This document shows, one piece after another, positions 59,801 to 64,000 of a stretch of DNA of 64,000 bases. The DNA comes from Azolla caroliniana (lineage: Eukaryota; Plantae; Polypodiophyta), in contig JBHGNT010000022.1 in NCBI GenBank assembly GCA_043228905.1, positions 1,984,001-2,048,000 of the forward strand, written 5' to 3'. Numbering within the stretch: the stretch's first letter is position 1; each line of letters opens with the position of its first letter. Both the position numbers and the translations under genes were made by a program. The notes beneath the pieces are model-generated. The model saw only the letters and a list, made by a program, of their open reading frames with translations, was not told the DNA's origin and made no database searches.

Positions 59801-60439
59801 CAAGCACCGGTAATGCCAACGGAAACCGCAATCGCGACATGGACAATACTACCGTGGAAGGAAGAGATGAGCCGGGAAGAACTACTAGCGGTCCGGATAC
59901 GACAACTGGAGGGAAGACCGAAAGATGTAGCGGAAGCGTCACGCCGACAACAAGAAGCACGGTTCCGGAACAAAAGCCGGTTCGACACAAAGCACCGACT
60001 ACGACCGAGGAGGATTGAAGAAGGAGATTGGGGGATCGTCTATGATAGTAGCTTGGACCATCAACATACAACGATGCGGAAATTCGCGAAAAGGTGGTTC
60101 GGGCCGTACGAGGTTCGGAAGGTCTTCGACAACGGGACGTACCGACTGTCCGAGTTGGATGGAACAATACTACGAGTGCCTATAGCCGGGAAGCGGGTGA
60201 AGATTTTCAAGAAGCGGACCGACGACAAACCTTATGTGATCCAAGTCGAGGCCGACAAAGAGGAGCAATCGGACGAAGACCACAATGATGCGGGAAGCGA
60301 AGAAAGTGGATTACAACTCATAGTCGACATAAGGGGAGAATCGGAGGAAGCTTCGGATGAAGACGGATACGAAGAATCAAGAACTTCGGCACATACCGGA
60401 GGATGTGCGGGTTTGGAGGGGGCGAGTGTCGTAGTGTAG
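56828..60439 (+). CDS. pol: Pol (RT-RNase H-IN) in the -1 frame, no chromodomain
   Basis: DLYSGY, PQGATNS, FLDD, VDTSPTG, H..H..C..C, ADRGE, NGKIERG, GPY; the frame is open from G_GAT_TTT at 56828. Confidence 0.92.
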   Translation, partial: GFLKRTVAEWGSDSPRSPDTPHRKKSLGAKQVRIGPDGASTYTAVTGGMKKQYRQVEDKLRSASIIKEDEEIVGVIEEVFYGNTLQRLEELAEDKSQGNRVVPVESVEMYEIVAKMGPDALRKEEAMVSTKYKTVEKKVKPAAGPLPADSEQKKKEVSGDPTLRKSVDIGHAFTDETRKKLRIGGGGFLLQEEEKRFREMLEQHGKAFAFTSREIGCIDPKIVEPMVIFTIDHVPWNLKPIPVPRAHIPKVIDLLKEKVAMGILEPSSAPYSNRWFTVPKKNGSLRFIQDLQPVNKVTIRNSGVGPIVDEFAEAFAGRAIYSIGDLYSGYDQFQLAVESRDITTMRTPIGLVRMCTLPQGATNSVAHMMNAMNKVLRDCIPEITMPFLDDIPMKGCAVEEKDETMDDRGCRKFVVDHIHDCEKVLRKLEDVHLTLSGEKSAFGQEEILVVGHLCGPYGRRPSPTKIDAIQAMKEVCESTSEVRRFLGACAFYHIWIPHYAHIADPLYHLLRKGKKFEWKPEHTKAMRKLKKTLWRAESLKKPSYERPIIVTVDTSPTGIGWVINQADSDGSRYPIRFGAKVLNERQRGYAQVKRELWGVVSAIKSDRDYLIGAEVVIETDCLPILGMMRCCTIPDVAMLRWIAYVKSLNPEVRHISGKDNAVADMLSRARFEDDITESDNEEVSEDYFTSEHICRVNVIREFREEEYEGETLMIGKMLQEVEDSTNDKERRAEIRRKKRQVQKFFLENGLIWRTPKRPDGIPLRVVGTKEQRNRIMSEFHESDWAGHRGTWATFVKIKQRYWWKSMYKDVVEFTESCEKCQVYSGVRHRDELHPTFSPTINFKWMVDIVAMPTGIGQKKYLVLAREDLTNQVEGRALRRKTCAAVCQFLLEEVFCRYGCVGQVIADRGELDSDKARGFFAKHGVRLTLTTAYNPEANGKIERGHSPIVKALAKACDGRVKDWPQMLPYALWADRTTHSSVTGYMPAELMTGQAPVMPTETAIATWTILPWKEEMSREELLAVRIRQLEGRPKDVAEASRRQQEARFRNKSRFDTKHRLRPRRIEEGDWGIVYDSSLDHQHTTMRKFAKRWFGPYEVRKVFDNGTYRLSELDGTILRVPIAGKRVKIFKKRTDDKPYVIQVEADKEEQSDEDHNDAGSEESGLQLIVDIRGESEEASDEDGYEESRTSAHTGGCAGLEGASVVV

Positions 60440-63400
60440 GTTGCACACTATGTGGAAATTATATTTTTGTCCCTCCGGATAGAGAATGGAGTGCTCGGTG
60501 AGAACCGGAAGAAAACGGCATACCGGAAAGGAAGAAAACGGCATACCGGCAAGGAGGAAAACGGCATACCGGCAAGGAAGAAAACGGCATACCGGCAAGG
60601 AAGAGCCGGATAAAGAGACATAAATGTAAAAAAGAAGAAGGAATTACTCACTACTGCGCAGGGCGTGATTTGAACTCTGCACCTCCACGTTGACAAACCC
60701 CAACCTTACCATTACATTAACTTATCTTAAGTGTTTTAAATATAGATTTAATACGTATAAGACCTTTATTTATGCATACCTTTATTAAAAGGTAAATCGT
60801 GTATTTTTTTAATATATGAAAAAGAAAAAACACGAGACACTAAAAATAACTCATGCACATCTAGCGTGCATGAGCCCTATACTTAGGAAATAAAAAAGCA
60901 TCACATGCACATTTAGTGTGCATGAACATATGAGAAAAAGCATGTAGCTATGCTTAGTCTCTCCCATCACTATATAAGGATGGGGAGCACATTGTAGTTG
61001 TTGTTGATTATTTGGATTAAGTATTAATCAATACAAAAATTATTCGTGGGATTCACGATTTATACATCTACTTCTCTCTTAACACCCTAAGTACCAATTA
61101 ATATAGTATGCTCGTGTGATTCACGAGTTTCTTATCTTTCTCTTTGCTATTTACTCATAATTAATCTCTATCTCACGAACTTCTTTCTCCTAGTCCAAGA
61201 CCTCTGTGGTTCCCACCCGACTCACGCAACGATCCGGAGCCGAAAGGCACGACAGCGCTACCCAGAGAAAACATGTAACCGGAGGTGGATCGGCGATCCG
61301 ATGCATCACCGGCCCAGTCGGCATCTATATATCCGACTAGTTCTTCGGTTATACCATGCCGGTATAACAGTCCCCAGTACTTCATGCCACTCACATACCG
61401 GAGTGCACATTGAAGGTGCTCGACGGTCGGCTTCTGCATGAATTGGCTTATCACTCCGACCGGGTAATTGAGGTTGGGTCGAGTGATCGCCAAGTATATC
61501 AAGCTTCCGAAGATTTGTCGGAACCGTTGCTCATCGCAGGCTGGTCCGGAGTTGGGACAGAGCTTCTGGTTCCGATCTAGTGGTGTGGAGACAGTTCAGC
61601 ACTCCGTCATACTGAACTTGTACAGCATATTCAACACATAGTGTCATTGTGAGAGCAATATGCCGTCGGGGGTCCGGATCACCTCGATCCCAAGAAGATA
61701 ATGAAAGTCCCCCAGGTCCTTCATTTCAAATGTGTCCAACAGCTGGGACATTACTCAGCCGATTTCATTGAGTGATGACTAAATCATCAACATAAAGTAG
61801 GATGCAAACCAGACTGTTCGGACCTTGCCGGATGAACAACGACGAGTTGGATTTAGAGGTCACAAACCCCATCTTACGCAGCCAGTGCGTGATCTTCGCA
61901 TTCCAAGCTCGGGGGGCTTGTTTTAGACCGTAAAGCGACTTCTTGAGCCGGCACACCGCCGACTTGTTCATGTTCAACTGAAAGCCGGGAGGTTGGATCA
62001 TATAAACCCGTTCTTCTCATCCATCTGGTGAAGATGCCACCCCCGTGCCGCAACAACCGCCAGTACCACATGAACCGTTGTCATCATCGCTACCGGGGTG
62101 AAGGTCTTGTCGTAATCGATTCCCTGGGTCTATGCGTATCCCTTCGCCATTAACCGGGCCTTGTACCGGTTAACCAAACTGTCGGCATTGTACTTTACCT
62201 TGTACACCCATTTGCAACCAATCGGTTTTTAGGGTCAGGGAGGGTCAATGAGGTCCCATGTGTCATTGGCATCTAGTGCCCGTATTTCTTCCTCCATAGC
62301 GGCACGCCAATTTGCGTCATTTGCCGCTTCTGCGTAGCTCTCCGGCTCACGCACTTCCGCCACCTTAGTCATGTAGGCATAATGATGCACCATGTACTCA
62401 TTGTACCCGTACCGCGTAACGGGATTCTTCATGTGGGAAGACCGGCGTAACTTGGTATTACCCGGTTTGGGGCCCTTCTTGGCCAAGTCGGACTTCGTTC
62501 CCGAAGATCTGCCTTCTTTCCGGAGTCGGATGCGCTCCGATCCGACTCAACGTTGTCGGCTTCATATTCTGGCATCTTCTTCTTCCCATTTTCTTTGCGC
62601 GTGAACCGTCTCCTCGGTTCCTTGCATGGGGAGAGCACGACAGAGTCTCCACTACAAGCCGGTTCCTCATCCGACTGGTCATCCCGACTCAGCCGCTCAT
62701 TTGGTCCATTTAGCCAGAATGAGATCAGACTCTCTTCTAGAGTGCCGAAGTCTTCATCTTCTACCTAGATCTCCTTGGGCTCACTAGCCTCATCTTCTGG
62801 AATCAGATCTTCGTTGGGAGTTGGAGTCGGTAAGGAGTACCATGATGCCGTCTCATCAAACTCGACATCTCGGCTTACTCGGACCTGCTTAGTCCGGGGG
62901 TTATAACACTTATACCCCTTTTGCTCATGTGAGTAACCGACTAGGATGCACTTCTCGAACTTCCAATCTAGCTTCCTCCGCTTCTCATCTGGTACATGCA
63001 CATATGCTATGCTACCGAATATCTGAAGGTGTCTCAAATTCGGCTTGCGCCCGAAATACAGCTTGTGTGCTGACACCTTGTCACCGATTCGGTTTTGGAT
63101 GTAGACGGTCGTCCAAACTGCCTCGGCCCAGTAGAAATGGGGCATACTCTTCTCCTCCAGCATTACCCTTGCTGCGTCGACAATCGACCGGTTCTTCCTT
63201 TCGGCCACACCATTTTGCTCCGGTGTGTACCTGCAACTGAATTCTCTCCGAATTCCTATCTGCTGCAGATAACTGTTGAATTGGCCGGAAAAGTATTCTT
63301 TCCCTCCATCCAACCGCAGGCACTTGATCTTCCTCTCTGTTTCCTGTTCAACCAAGCGTTGAAGGTTCCGGAAACACTCGAAGACTTCGCTCTTCCTCAC

Positions 63401-64000
63401 GATGAGGTAGATCCACGTGTGTTGGCTGTAGTCGTCGATGAAGGAGACGAAATACCAACTCCCGCCAAGACTGGTGTTTTGTGTCGGTCCCCATACATCT
63501 GAATGGATTAAATCGAGCTTGTTATGGCTCCGGTTTCGATCGGTGGGGAATGGAAGCCGGTGTTGCTTCCCGAGTTGGTAGGCTTCACAAATTTTGGCAA
63601 ACCGAAAACGATTTGTTTCGATTGCAGGTCTTGAAGCCTCCGATAATTGATGTGGTCGATCCGCTTGTGCCACAGGTCGATGTCCGATTCGATCTTCTGC
63701 CCTTTCGCAAACATAGCGGTGCCGACATCATTAGTGTTGAGGATGAACATCCTCCCATCTCTACACCCTTGCACAATTATCCAGCCCTCTTCCTTGATGA
63801 AGCACCCTAGGTGCGTAAACCGCACCTGCATCCCCTAGTCGATGATTCGCCAAACTGACACCAGGTTCTTTGTGATAGTCAGAACATGTCATACGTTCAT
63901 CAGCTTCCCCTTTTGTCCGACATGGCTTAAAGGGACTTCTTCGACATGCACAATCGGGTGAGGGGTGTCGTCTCCGGTTTCGACAATCCTCGGTTGTTCC

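Larger units (their letters stand above)
53894..61254 (+). mobile_element. Intact young non-chromovirus Ty3/gypsy, tRNA-Trp primed, 4-bp TSD
   Basis: LTRs 53894-54759 and 60427-61254 (TGTCGT..ACGACA) differ by one visible SNP and 38 bp of a 23-bp repeat array; GCGC duplicated; both ORFs intact. Confidence 0.96.
52451..64000 (-). mobile_element. Ty1/copia element (3' LTR 52451-52880), decayed, interrupted by a gypsy and running off the window
   Basis: Integrase 63673-62765, RT LYVDDL, RNase H split at LGSA|DVAWSSKK; PPT TTGAGGGGGAG at 52881; LTR TGTTG...CTTCCGCACATTAACA. Confidence 0.93.

Overview
This window is plant (eukaryotic) heterochromatin-like DNA made mostly of nested transposons. 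The element mix fits a moss such as Physcomitrium, but that is an inference. It holds five copies or fragments of a Tcn1-like chromodomain Ty3/gypsy family, including one intact young copy (22942-28616) and a rearranged cluster with inversions (1-14685). There are also tRNA-Trp-primed non-chromovirus gypsy elements (intact 53894-61254 with a 4-bp TSD, plus two relics), a decayed tRNA-iMet-primed chromovirus (40205-47279), three Ty1/copia relics, and a solo LTR. A decayed Sola-like DDD transposase lies head-to-head with a spliced ParB-like gene. The only clear host gene is a QALGGH C2H2 zinc-finger/EAR repressor (31960-32514). The most notable signals are: (1) an antisense tRNA-like Pol III A-box/B-box module with tRNA spacing in U3 of several different gypsy LTRs; (2) a 99-bp TSD-flanked mini-element made almost entirely of that module; (3) Tf1-style self-priming PBS with a compensatory base pair, plus a genomic fold-back product that begins exactly at that pairing; (4) -1 frameshift cassettes in two gypsy families; (5) an inverted-repeat cluster that could make hairpin RNA. 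All alignments were done by eye and no database searches were run.
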